The notes below the pieces were generated by a model. It saw nothing but the letters and a program-made list of their open reading frames with translations. It ran no database searches and was not told the DNA's origin. This document shows, piece after piece, positions 1 to 8,543 of a stretch of 64,000 bases of DNA. Within the stretch, counting starts at the first letter, position 1. The number at the start of each line of letters is the position of its first letter. Source of the DNA: Vulcanimicrobiota bacterium (GTDB lineage Bacteria > Vulcanimicrobiota > Xenobia > Xenobiales > JADMJV01); assembly GCA_050250895.1 (NCBI GenBank), contig JBFWNU010000001.1, forward strand, positions 1,128,008 through 1,192,007, written 5' to 3'. Both the position numbers and the translations under genes were made by a program.

Positions 1-192
1 TACAATGGGCAGGGCCAGCTCCTGGGCGCACCAGAGCATCTCTTCGAAACGGGCTGAAGTGGAAGCCAGGGCTACCACCGTCGGTGTCTGCCCTGGCTTG
101 TAAGACAAAGCCACCGCATTCTTCTTGGCGTCCGTCAGGACGATTTCGGCTTCGCCGAGCGCCGACGGGTGGAAAGCTTTTTGTTTTGGCAA
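1..192 (-). CDS. FlhB C-terminal domain / EscU-YscU-like stand-alone protein (runs off window edge)
   Basis: Not in the ORF track. Manual translation from TTG at 192, with GGAGG 6 nt upstream: MPKQKAFHPSALGEAEIVLTDAKKNAVALSYKPGQTPTVVALASTSARFEEMLWCAQELALPIV. Matches the FlhB-C pattern AVAL.Y....P.VVA...A....PIV. Confidence 0.6.
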   Translation of the reverse strand, partial: MPKQKAFHPSALGEAEIVLTDAKKNAVALSYKPGQTPTVVALASTSARFEEMLWCAQELALPIV

Positions 193-289
193 GCTACCCC
201 TCCGAGCTATTGAAATTCCTTCTCGGGGTTGCCTCAAACTCCTTTACTGGCCGGGAAAGGAACGGGGGGATAATGACGAACGTTCCCAG

Positions 290-1513
290 ATGTCCTGGCG
301 CCCATCCCTGCTGATGCTGCTGATTCTGCTGCTGGCCAGCTGCAGTAAGCCTCCCGACCCCAATCGGGTGGTGCTGTGGACGGCCTTCGAGGGCAAGGAA
401 CTGGCCGAACTCAAACAACTTGTGAACGAATTCGAGCAAGAGAGTTCACTGCACGTTCAGGTGCTCAAAGTGCCCTTCGATGCTCTCCAGAAGAAGTTTC
501 TGGTGGCGGGACCCGCCGACCAGGGCCCGGACCTCTTGATCGGCCCCCAAGACTGGCTGGGGGTGTTCGCCACCGCCGGACTGCTCGAACCGGTGCCCGA
601 AACCGTGCTCAGCAGCGAGCGCCGGGCCGATTTTATTCCCGTAGCCATCGAAGCCGTCACCTTCGAGGGCAAAGTCTATGCCGTACCCTTACTTTTGGAT
701 TGTATCGCGCTGTTGCGCAACACCGAACTGGCTCCCCAGGCGCCGACCAGCCTGGAAGAACTGGTGAGCCAGGCCCAGAGCGTTCAACAGGGCTCGGTTC
801 GAGGCTTCTATTACGAACTCAACAACTTCTACTTCTCCTGGCCCTTCCTGGCCGCTCACGGAGCTCACCTGTTCCACACCGAGGGAGGGCACCTCGATCC
901 CTTTCAATTGGGCCTGGACGAACCCGCAGCCGTCAACGGTATGCAGTTCCTGGCCGACTTGCGCGGCAAGTACAACCTGATCCCCCTGGGAGCCACCAAC
1001 GATCTGGCCAAAAGCTTGTTCCTGGACAAGAAACTAGCCATGACCCTGGCCGGGCCGTGGATGATGGACTCGGTTCGCGAGGCACAAATACCCTACGTGG
1101 TCGAGCCGATTCCGCCTACGGCCGACGGAGGCGTGGCCGCCCCCTTCGTGGGGGCCACCGGCCTGATGCAGAGCGCCGGCAGTCGCAACCCCAGCGGAGG
1201 TGAAGCCCTCTACAAATTTCTCACCCGCACCGATTCGATCTATCGCTTGGCCCTGGCGGCGGGCCGAGCCCCGGCCGACAAGAACGCGTTGGAGAAAGCC
1301 AGCCAGCAACCGGTGGTCGGTCGAGACATTATGGCCTTTGCCCGCATCGCCGAACAGGGCACCCCGATGCCGAGCCACCCGGCCATGAATGCCGTCTGGG
1401 AACCGATGGAACAGGCTATCGACCTGGTCTCTTCGGGGCAGGTCGAACCCGCCCACCAGATGGAGCAGACCGAGAAACGAATCGTGACGAAGATTCGCTT
1501 CATGATGGAGTAA
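290..1513 (+). CDS. Maltose/maltodextrin-type ABC transporter substrate-binding lipoprotein
   Basis: ATG at 290 gives a signal peptide with lipobox LASC. GPDLLIGPQDW, GKVYAVP, GPW and PMP...M..VW motifs are typical of MalE-like proteins. Confidence 0.85.
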   Translation: MSWRPSLLMLLILLLASCSKPPDPNRVVLWTAFEGKELAELKQLVNEFEQESSLHVQVLKVPFDALQKKFLVAGPADQGPDLLIGPQDWLGVFATAGLLEPVPETVLSSERRADFIPVAIEAVTFEGKVYAVPLLLDCIALLRNTELAPQAPTSLEELVSQAQSVQQGSVRGFYYELNNFYFSWPFLAAHGAHLFHTEGGHLDPFQLGLDEPAAVNGMQFLADLRGKYNLIPLGATNDLAKSLFLDKKLAMTLAGPWMMDSVREAQIPYVVEPIPPTADGGVAAPFVGATGLMQSAGSRNPSGGEALYKFLTRTDSIYRLALAAGRAPADKNALEKASQQPVVGRDIMAFARIAEQGTPMPSHPAMNAVWEPMEQAIDLVSSGQVEPAHQMEQTEKRIVTKIRFMME

Positions 1514-1514
1514 A

Positions 1515-2414
1515 GTGGACAAGAAGACCAATCAGCCATACCTTTACATTATGCCGGCTCTGGTCTTGATGACGGTGCTGTCGCTCTTGCCCAACGCCTA
1601 CTCGGTCTATCTGGCGTTCACCAATTTTAGCCTCTATCACTACACCGACTTCAACTTTGTAGGCCTAAAGAACTTCGGCAAGATCCTGGCTGGTCCTGAG
1701 CTTCAGACCTTTGCCAAGGTGCTGATCTGGACGCTGGCCTGGGCCGCCATCTCGGTGATGGCCAGCCTGGCCATCGGCCTGCTGCTGTCGATCCCCCTCA
1801 ATCGCGAAGACCTCAAGGGAGCCAAGGTCTACCGCACTCTGTTTATCGTACCCTGGGCCATTCCGGCCTTTATTTCGGTGCTGATGTGGCAGGGTTTGCT
1901 CAACTCGGACCAGGGCGCCTTCAACATGCTCCTTCAGGGCTTCGGTCAAGAGAAGATCGCCTGGCTGGATGACCCGGGCTGGGCTCGCTTCTCGGTCTTG
2001 CTGGTCAACATCTGGCTCGGCTACCCGTTCATGATGACGGTTTGCCTGGGAGCCTTGCAATCGATACCCAAAGAGATCTACGAAGCCGCCGATGTCGACG
2101 GCGCCAGCCCCTGGCTTCAGTTTCGAGCCCTGACACTGCCGTTGCTGCGCTCGGCCCTCGTCCCGGTGCTGGTCTCGAGCTTTGCTTTCAACTTCAACCA
2201 GTTCACCGCCATCTATCTGCTGACCGAAGGGGGTCCCACCGTGCCAGGCAGCGAGGCCGGGGCTACCGACATTCTGCTCACATACTCTTATAAGCTCGCC
2301 TTCGATCTCTATCAGTACGGCACCGCCTGCGCTTACGCCGTCTTTATCTTCTTGATCGTGGCCGCCCTGTCCGGGGCAAATTTCCGCCTCACCGGCGCTT
2401 TTGAGGACGAGTGA
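1515..2414 (+). CDS. Carbohydrate ABC transporter permease (MalF-like)
   Basis: Hydrophobic helices; EAA motif LQSIPKEIYEAADVDGA; PWAIP motif. Confidence 0.9.
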   Translation: MDKKTNQPYLYIMPALVLMTVLSLLPNAYSVYLAFTNFSLYHYTDFNFVGLKNFGKILAGPELQTFAKVLIWTLAWAAISVMASLAIGLLLSIPLNREDLKGAKVYRTLFIVPWAIPAFISVLMWQGLLNSDQGAFNMLLQGFGQEKIAWLDDPGWARFSVLLVNIWLGYPFMMTVCLGALQSIPKEIYEAADVDGASPWLQFRALTLPLLRSALVPVLVSSFAFNFNQFTAIYLLTEGGPTVPGSEAGATDILLTYSYKLAFDLYQYGTACAYAVFIFLIVAALSGANFRLTGAFEDE

Positions 2415-3271
2415 TGACTAGAAAAAGCCCCTATACCGTCTATTTCTGGCACGCCTTCCTGCTGGCGGGACTGTCGGCGACGCTGATGCCGGCGTTTCTA
2501 GTCTTGATGGCGGCCCTGCGCAAGAAAGCGACCCTGGTATCGAGCACCATCATCCCCGGCCCCAACGAAGTGACGCTGGCCAACTTCTCGACGCTGCTGA
2601 CTCAGACACCGTTCTTGACCTGGATGGGTAACACGCTCATCTGCTCGACCATCGCCACGATCGCGGCCCTCCTGGTCACCACCCTGGCAGGGTATGCCTT
2701 CAGCCGCTTTCGCTTCTTCGGTCGCAAGAACGGGCTGTTGATCATGATTTTGCTGCAGATGTTTCCGGCCGCCATGAGCATGGTGGCCGTCTTTCGCATC
2801 CTCCAATACCTGGGTCCGATCACTGGGGGCCTGGTGGGCCTCAACAGCTTGATGGGTCTGTCGCTGGTTTACATCGGAGCCGGCATCCCGTTCAATACCT
2901 GGATGATCAAAGGCTATGTCGACGCCCTGCCCCGCGAGTTGGAAGAATCTGCCTACATCGACGGAGCCACCCCGACCCAAACCTTCCTCCAGATCATTCT
3001 TCCACTCATGGGACCCATTCTGGCCGTGGTGGCCGTGTTCAACTTCATCACGCCCTACTCCGACTTCATCTTTCCCTCGGTCTTGCTGTTCGAAGAGCAA
3101 CGCTACACCCTGGCCGTCGGTATGCAGGGCTTCATTTCCGGCAACTTCTCGGCCAATTGGACTCTCTTCGCGGCCGCCTCCATTCTGGGATCGTTGCCCA
3201 TCCTCGTGCTTTTTCTGTCGCTTCAGACCTTTCTCGTGCAAGGTTTGACGCAGGGTGCAGTGAAGGGATAA
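2411..3271 (+). CDS. Carbohydrate ABC transporter permease (MalG-like)
   Basis: AGYAFSRFRF, LQMFP, EAA motif LPRELEESAYIDGA, C-terminal GLTQGAVKG; overlaps the upstream stop. Confidence 0.9.
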   Translation: MMTRKSPYTVYFWHAFLLAGLSATLMPAFLVLMAALRKKATLVSSTIIPGPNEVTLANFSTLLTQTPFLTWMGNTLICSTIATIAALLVTTLAGYAFSRFRFFGRKNGLLIMILLQMFPAAMSMVAVFRILQYLGPITGGLVGLNSLMGLSLVYIGAGIPFNTWMIKGYVDALPRELEESAYIDGATPTQTFLQIILPLMGPILAVVAVFNFITPYSDFIFPSVLLFEEQRYTLAVGMQGFISGNFSANWTLFAAASILGSLPILVLFLSLQTFLVQGLTQGAVKG

Positions 3272-3312
3272 CACTAGGAACAGAAACCTTGCCGCGCTAG
3301 GCCGGTTGTTTC

Positions 3313-4212
3313 GTGCAACGAAAAGGAGTTTTAAATTTGAGATCCCTGCGCCCTCCCATCCTGATTTTTTGTCTCGGAGTCTTTCTGAGTTCGGCGCCCG
3401 CGCTGGCGAAGGCATATTCTCCAGAGCTCGAGCAGGCGATGGCCCTCTTCTATCAGGAAAAATACGACGAGTGTATCCCCATGTTCGAGAGAGTCGTGGA
3501 ACAGGACGCTCAGAACACCCTGGCCATGAGTTACATCCTGCACGCGGCCTATAAGCAGAAGAATATCGAGGAAATCGTCGGTCGCATCGAGCAGCGAGCG
3601 GTAGCGCGGGGCGAAGACCCCACCGCGGCTACCCATCTCGGCATGGCCTACTTCCTGCGCGGGATGATCATCCCCAACCAGCTGGATGAGGCTCTCACCG
3701 AATTCAAACAGGCCATCAAGGACGACCCCCAATTGGCCATGGCCTACACCGGCCTGGGAATGGTCTATTTTCAGAAGCGCATGATGCCCCGCGCCAAGGG
3801 TTATCTAATCCGGGCCCTGCGCATCAATCCCCACGACATCATGGCCGTCGATCTGCTCGGCAACATCATGCTGGTGGACGAAAAGAAACCCGCCGACGCG
3901 CTGCAACTCTACGAGCGCTGCATCGCCGAACTGCCCACCTATCCCGACGGCCACTACTATGCTGGCTCGTGCCTGTTTGACCTCAAGCGCTACGACGAGG
4001 CCATCGCCCAACTCACCCAGGCCCGCGAGCTCGACCCCAAGGGCATCACCAAAGGCTTTGACGCGGCCACTCTACTAGGAGACTGCTACATGTTGCAGGG
4101 TCGCAGTGCGGAGGCTATCGAAGCGTTCGAGCATGCGAAGAAAATCCGGCCTGACAGTAAATATGTCGACATCAAGCTGCAAAAGCTGCGCGGCCAGAGC
4201 AAGGACGAATAG
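3313..4212 (+). CDS. Secreted tetratricopeptide repeat protein
   Basis: Signal-peptide-like N-terminus (ALA-K); several TPR units such as A..LG..Y...A...P. Confidence 0.8.
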   Translation: MQRKGVLNLRSLRPPILIFCLGVFLSSAPALAKAYSPELEQAMALFYQEKYDECIPMFERVVEQDAQNTLAMSYILHAAYKQKNIEEIVGRIEQRAVARGEDPTAATHLGMAYFLRGMIIPNQLDEALTEFKQAIKDDPQLAMAYTGLGMVYFQKRMMPRAKGYLIRALRINPHDIMAVDLLGNIMLVDEKKPADALQLYERCIAELPTYPDGHYYAGSCLFDLKRYDEAIAQLTQARELDPKGITKGFDAATLLGDCYMLQGRSAEAIEAFEHAKKIRPDSKYVDIKLQKLRGQSKDE

Positions 4213-5047
4213 CCTTGTCGCTTTAGTCCTCCTTTGCCTGACCGCCACCGCCGTCGCCGAAGACCTCAAGATTTCGGTTGCCGGCCCGGCCCGCGCTATC
4301 CGCGACCAGACCACCAGTCTGGTCGTTCGTCTTCAAGGGGGAACGCCTCCCCTTCGTTGGGAGTGGAACGTCGATGGCTACTCTGAGGCGGGCGATGAGG
4401 CCGAGTTCACCATGGCGGCCAAAGGCAAGGCCGAGCAAATGGAGTTCCATCTCAGGATCTGGGACCAGGCCGACTATCTTTCCGAGCCGTACGAGACCAG
4501 CTTTCCCCTGGAAGTCATCGCAGAGCCGCCCAAGCCGATCCGAGTGGTGCTAAAGTCCCACTGGTCGCGCGCCGAGGACGAAGTTTTGAGTCTCAGGCCC
4601 GAAGTGACCGGTGGCACTGGCCCTTTGCGCTATCAATGGTTGGTGGATGACCGCACCGTGACCGAACCGACCCTCGACCTTCCTCCGGGGCCGGCCGGTG
4701 ATTCGCTGGTCGTCCTGAGGATCTATGACCAGGGCTTGTATCAGGACCAGCCCCAGGAACTAAAGATCCGAATTCACACCCAGGCCCGTTTACAGGGGCG
4801 TATCGAAGGACCCGATCTGGTCATCGTTAACGATCCGCTGGAGTTTCGCGCGGTCATCGAGGGCGGCACCAAGCCCTACAAGTTCGTCTGGCAGTGGCCC
4901 ACCGGTAGTCGTGACGATGACGAGGTGTTGACGGGCCGCGTAGGGCCCGATACCGGGGAGCGCTGGATCAGGGTGCTGGTGACCGACTCGTCCAAGCCGC
5001 CCCAGGAGTTGCGCCTGGAAAAGACCTATCGGGCCGAGGCCCGCTAG
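4163..5047 (+). CDS. Secreted protein with three PKD/Ig-like repeats
   Basis: Hydrophobic leader ending AVA; three ~90-aa units with GGTPPLRWEW / GGTGPLRYQW / GGTKPYKFVW, each followed by LRIWDQ / LRIYDQ / VLVTDS. Start uncertain. Confidence 0.6.
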   Translation: MSTSSCKSCAARARTNSLVALVLLCLTATAVAEDLKISVAGPARAIRDQTTSLVVRLQGGTPPLRWEWNVDGYSEAGDEAEFTMAAKGKAEQMEFHLRIWDQADYLSEPYETSFPLEVIAEPPKPIRVVLKSHWSRAEDEVLSLRPEVTGGTGPLRYQWLVDDRTVTEPTLDLPPGPAGDSLVVLRIYDQGLYQDQPQELKIRIHTQARLQGRIEGPDLVIVNDPLEFRAVIEGGTKPYKFVWQWPTGSRDDDEVLTGRVGPDTGERWIRVLVTDSSKPPQELRLEKTYRAEAR

Positions 5048-5643
5048 AAATCCCTTCGGCCCTGAAGGGCCCGGCCTAGCGTTACCTCGTCGGCATACTC
5101 GAGATCGGAACCCATCGGCAGGCCCTGCGCCAGGCGGGTAACCCGCACCGGACCAGAAGCCAATTGGCGATGCAAGAAAAGCGCGGTGGCCTCGCCGGCC
5201 ACGGTGGGATTGGTGGCCAGGATGACCTCTTGGATGTTCTCTCGCCTCACCCGATCCAGCAACGAATCGATGCGCAACCGGTCTGGCCCGATGCCGTCCA
5301 TTGGCGAGATCAAGCCACCCAGAACGTGATAACGACCGCGGAACTCATTGGTCCGCTCGAGAGCCGCGATGTCACGAGGATCACTCACCACACAGAGCAG
5401 ACCTGCATCGCGGCGCGAATCCGAGCAAATCGAGCAGAACTCTCGCTCGGTCAGGTTGCCACAGCGGGCACAGTCGTGAATCTTGCGCTTGACATCGAGC
5501 ATCGACTCAGCCAGTTCTTCGACCAACTCCTGACGGGCGTGCAACAAGAAGAAAGCCAGGCGATGGGCACTCTTGGGTCCGATCGTAGGAAGCTCCATTA
5601 GAGCCTCCACCAGGCGCTCTACCGGCTGCGGAAATTCATACAT
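5044..5643 (-). CDS. recR: Recombination mediator RecR
   Basis: LPTIGPKSAHRLAF HhH; C4 zinc finger CARC..CSIC; YHVLGGLISPMDG; ILATNPTVAGEATA; GSDLEYADEVTL. Confidence 0.97.
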   Translation of the reverse strand: MYEFPQPVERLVEALMELPTIGPKSAHRLAFFLLHARQELVEELAESMLDVKRKIHDCARCGNLTEREFCSICSDSRRDAGLLCVVSDPRDIAALERTNEFRGRYHVLGGLISPMDGIGPDRLRIDSLLDRVRRENIQEVILATNPTVAGEATALFLHRQLASGPVRVTRLAQGLPMGSDLEYADEVTLGRALQGRRDF

Positions 5644-5661
5644 CGCCAGCCAGATCCTGGG

Positions 5662-5982
5662 CTAGAGCAAACCGGGAGGAATGGGTAAACCCTGAGTGAG
5701 TTCGGAAACCTTTTGCGAAGAGAGCTCCTTGGACTTCTCCACAGCGTCCTTGATGGCCGTCAGGACGAGGTCTTCGAGCATCTCGACATCTTCGGGATCG
5801 ACCACCTCAGGGTTGATCTTGACCGACTTGATCTCTTGATGGCCGTTGACAACGACTTTGACCATTCCCTGGCCGGCGGTACCTTCCACCGTCACGTCGG
5901 CCAGTTCTTCCTGAATTTGGCCCATCGAAGCCTGCAGCTTCTGCTGCATCTTCTGCATCTTTCGCATCATCTGTCTCTGCAT
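5662..5982 (-). CDS. ybaB: YbaB/EbfC nucleoid-associated protein
   Basis: M/Q-rich N-terminus; GTAGQGMVKV; DPEDVEMLEDLVLTA; adjacent to recR; RBS AAAGGAGG. Confidence 0.95.
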   Translation of the reverse strand: MQRQMMRKMQKMQQKLQASMGQIQEELADVTVEGTAGQGMVKVVVNGHQEIKSVKINPEVVDPEDVEMLEDLVLTAIKDAVEKSKELSSQKVSELTQGLPIPPGLL

Positions 5983-5997
5983 GGGGTTCCTCCTTTA

Positions 5998-6396
5998 TTA
6001 CTTCTTGCCCATGGCGAAGACCTGATGAATCGTATCCACCAGCTCATCCAGGTTAAAGGGCTTGACCAAATACGAGGTGGCACCCTTCTGATAACCCGTC
6101 ATCACGTCCTCGGACTGATCTTTGGCCGTCAGCATGATGACCGGAATGTCCGCCGTTTGCGCGCCGGCACGAATCTTATCGAGAACCTCGAAGCCGTCCA
6201 TGCCTGGCATCATCACGTCGAGCACCACCAGATCGGGAATCGACTCATCTACCTTCTCCAGGGCTTCAAAACCCGAGGAGGCGGTAGTCACATCAAAGTT
6301 CTCCATCTCGAGATAGGTCGCCAACGACCGCAAAATGTGGGGCTCATCGTCCACCACCAAAACTTTCTGCCCTTCAGACACGGCTGTCTCCTCCAT
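5998..6396 (-). CDS. Single-domain response regulator (receiver only)
   Basis: VLVVDDE, LDVMMPGMDG (phosphoacceptor D), LTAK, KPF; no output domain. Confidence 0.9.
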   Translation of the reverse strand: MEETAVSEGQKVLVVDDEPHILRSLATYLEMENFDVTTASSGFEALEKVDESIPDLVVLDVMMPGMDGFEVLDKIRAGAQTADIPVIMLTAKDQSEDVMTGYQKGATSYLVKPFNLDELVDTIHQVFAMGKK

Positions 6397-6398
6397 CC

Positions 6399-8480
6399 TT
6401 AGTCCACAATCTCGCCCGCAAACAAGCCGGACGCCCTTCTCACCAATTCGTCATGCTCTTCATCGTTGGAGCGCACGGTCTTGGCACCATCAACCCGACA
6501 CTCCACCCGCACTCTACGTCCCAAGGTGCTGGCTGCCAAGCCTTCCAACACACTGCGAGACTTCAGAATCGTGTCTCGATGCCAGTCGTAGCCGTCAGGC
6601 AGTCCCAACACGACCTCTTCTTCGCCCAACTCGGTGACCTTGGCGTCAGCCAACACAGCGTGCAGTCGCATGTCGTGGTCTCGGACTGCATTCATCAGAC
6701 CCATCCAGAACTCTTTCTTGCCTGGCGCCCGACCATCCGAGCCACGGCTGGGCTCGACCCGACGAAGCCCCGCCGCCTCTGGCTCTCGTTTGCGCTGAGG
6801 CGACTCCGGCCGCTGAGGAGTGCTCGCCTGCCGCGACTCCGGCCGCTCGCCTGAATGAGGAACTCTCTCGTGCCCAGCCTCGGGCCGCTCGCTTCGCTGA
6901 GGCGCTCGTTCCAGAGAGGGTTCGGGCCGCTCAGGCGCTCTCTCCTGGCGCTCCGCTCGCCGAGGCTCTTGGACAGCCTCGGGCCGCTCCTCCCGCTGAG
7001 GATTTCTGCCTTGGAAAGCCTCGGGTCGCTCACCTCGCTCAGGCATCGCTTCGCGCGAAGGCTCCGGCCTCTTCTCCGACTGAGGCGCTCTTTCCGGGGG
7101 AGGCTCCGGCCTCTTCTCCGGCTGAGGCGCTCTTGCCGGCGAAGGCTCCGGCCTCTTCTCCGACTGAGGCGCTCTTTCCAGGGGAGGCTCCGGCCTCTTC
7201 TCCGGCTGAGGCGCTCTTGCCGGGGGAGGCTCCGGCCTCTTCTCCGGCTGAGGCGCTCTTTCCGGGGGAGGCTCCGGCCTCTTCTCCGGCCGGTCCCGCA
7301 CCGGCACGTCTACCGTCTTCTGACTCCCATTCGCCATGCGCTCTTCCAGGGCGGAGATGCGGGCCTCGAGGCCGTTTAGTCCTGGCTCGGCCGAGGGGGT
7401 AGCCAGCCGAACCAGGGTCAACTCCCATAAAAGCTTGGCCTGGCGGCCTTCTCTCACTTCGGCCGAAAGCTCCATTCCGGCTCGAATCCAGTGCATCAGG
7501 TCAACCAGAGAGACGGCGCTGGCCAATCTTTCCAAACTCTCGCGCTCCTCGACCGCCATCTGCTCGAAGGTGCTATCGGGAGCCTTCACCTTGACCAGCA
7601 TCACCAGGCGCAAATGCTCGAGAAAGGCAGAAGCCAGTCGCTTCAAATCGCGCCCCTGAGCGTTAAGCTCGTGCAAGAGCATCAGCAGACCGCCGGCTTC
7701 GCGAGCCCTGAGAGCCATCACCAGACGCTCCATCACCTGATAGCCGACGGTCCCCAGCAGTTCGAGCACCGGCTCGAGTTCGACCCGTTCTCCACAGAAC
7801 GTCACCGCCTGCTCGAAGAGCACCAGGGCGTCGCGCAGCGAACCATCGGCGGCTCGGGCCAACTGGTCACCGGCCTCACTCGCCAGTTCGACCCCTTCGC
7901 TCTCGGCGATTAAGGCCAGCCGCGCTCGGATCTCGGCCACCGAAAGCGGTCGAAAGTCATAGCGTTGGCAGCGCGAGAGAATGGTCGGCGGCAACTCGTG
8001 TGGATGAGTCGTGGCCAGAATGAAGACCACGTGCGAGGGGGGCTCTTCGAGGGTCTTCAAAAGCGCATTGAACGAAGAGGCCGAGAGCTTGTGGACCTCG
8101 TCGATGATATAGACTTTGACCCGAGCCGTGACCGGGGCGAAGTGAACCTTGTCGACAATGAAGTCACGAATCTTGTCGACCTGGGTGTGAGAGGCCGCAT
8201 CGATCTCGAAGACATCGAGACTATTGCCCGAGGCGATGGAACGGCACTGATCGCACTCGTTGCAGGGCTCAAGACCCGGACCATTCTCGCAGTTGAGTGC
8301 CTTGGCGAAGATGCGGGCGCTGCTGGTCTTGCCGGTGCCGCGCGGACCACAGAAAAGATAAGCCCTGGCGGGAGAGTCGCTGAGAAGAACATTCTGCAGG
8401 GTGCGAACCACCGACTCCTGGCCCACCAGGTCCTGGAAGCGCTGAGAGCGCCATTTCCTAAACAGAGAAACGCTGGGCAT
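6399..8480 (-). CDS. dnaX: DNA polymerase III subunit gamma/tau
   Basis: RKWRSQRFQDLVGQ, Walker A GPRGTGKT, zinc module, EIDAAS, IIDEVH, FNALLKTLEEPP, TILSRCQ; long Pro/Glu/Arg linker. Confidence 0.97.
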   Translation of the reverse strand: MPSVSLFRKWRSQRFQDLVGQESVVRTLQNVLLSDSPARAYLFCGPRGTGKTSSARIFAKALNCENGPGLEPCNECDQCRSIASGNSLDVFEIDAASHTQVDKIRDFIVDKVHFAPVTARVKVYIIDEVHKLSASSFNALLKTLEEPPSHVVFILATTHPHELPPTILSRCQRYDFRPLSVAEIRARLALIAESEGVELASEAGDQLARAADGSLRDALVLFEQAVTFCGERVELEPVLELLGTVGYQVMERLVMALRAREAGGLLMLLHELNAQGRDLKRLASAFLEHLRLVMLVKVKAPDSTFEQMAVEERESLERLASAVSLVDLMHWIRAGMELSAEVREGRQAKLLWELTLVRLATPSAEPGLNGLEARISALEERMANGSQKTVDVPVRDRPEKRPEPPPERAPQPEKRPEPPPARAPQPEKRPEPPLERAPQSEKRPEPSPARAPQPEKRPEPPPERAPQSEKRPEPSREAMPERGERPEAFQGRNPQREERPEAVQEPRRAERQERAPERPEPSLERAPQRSERPEAGHERVPHSGERPESRQASTPQRPESPQRKREPEAAGLRRVEPSRGSDGRAPGKKEFWMGLMNAVRDHDMRLHAVLADAKVTELGEEEVVLGLPDGYDWHRDTILKSRSVLEGLAASTLGRRVRVECRVDGAKTVRSNDEEHDELVRRASGLFAGEIVD
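7059..7290. repeat. In-frame 42-bp tandem repeat (~5.5 copies) in dnaX encoding PEKRPEPPPERAPQ
   Basis: GGCTCCGGCCTCTTCTCCG starts at 7060, 7102, 7144, 7186, 7228 and 7270. Degenerate ERPE units continue to about 6775. Confidence 0.95.
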
Positions 8481-8543
8481 GCGGTCGCGCTTTACTACCA
8501 CCCCGAAGGATTCGATCCCTGCCCTGGACTGGACTCCCTGGGC

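Noticed and set aside
7059-7290. Regular repeats as a possible CRISPR array
   Set aside because: Units are contiguous with no unique spacers, in frame within dnaX, and no cas genes are present.
6855-7428. Alternative-frame repetitive ORFs (LRPLLRLRRS, PAEALFPGE, GEEAGASPGK)
   Set aside because: By-products of a stop-free 42-bp repeat inside dnaX.
6399-8480. Programmed frameshift producing the gamma subunit
   Set aside because: No A-AAA-AAG or long A-run slippery site noticed in dnaX.
8481-8543. SRP RNA (ffs), often found upstream of dnaX
   Set aside because: Only 63 bp are available and there is no SRP domain IV motif.
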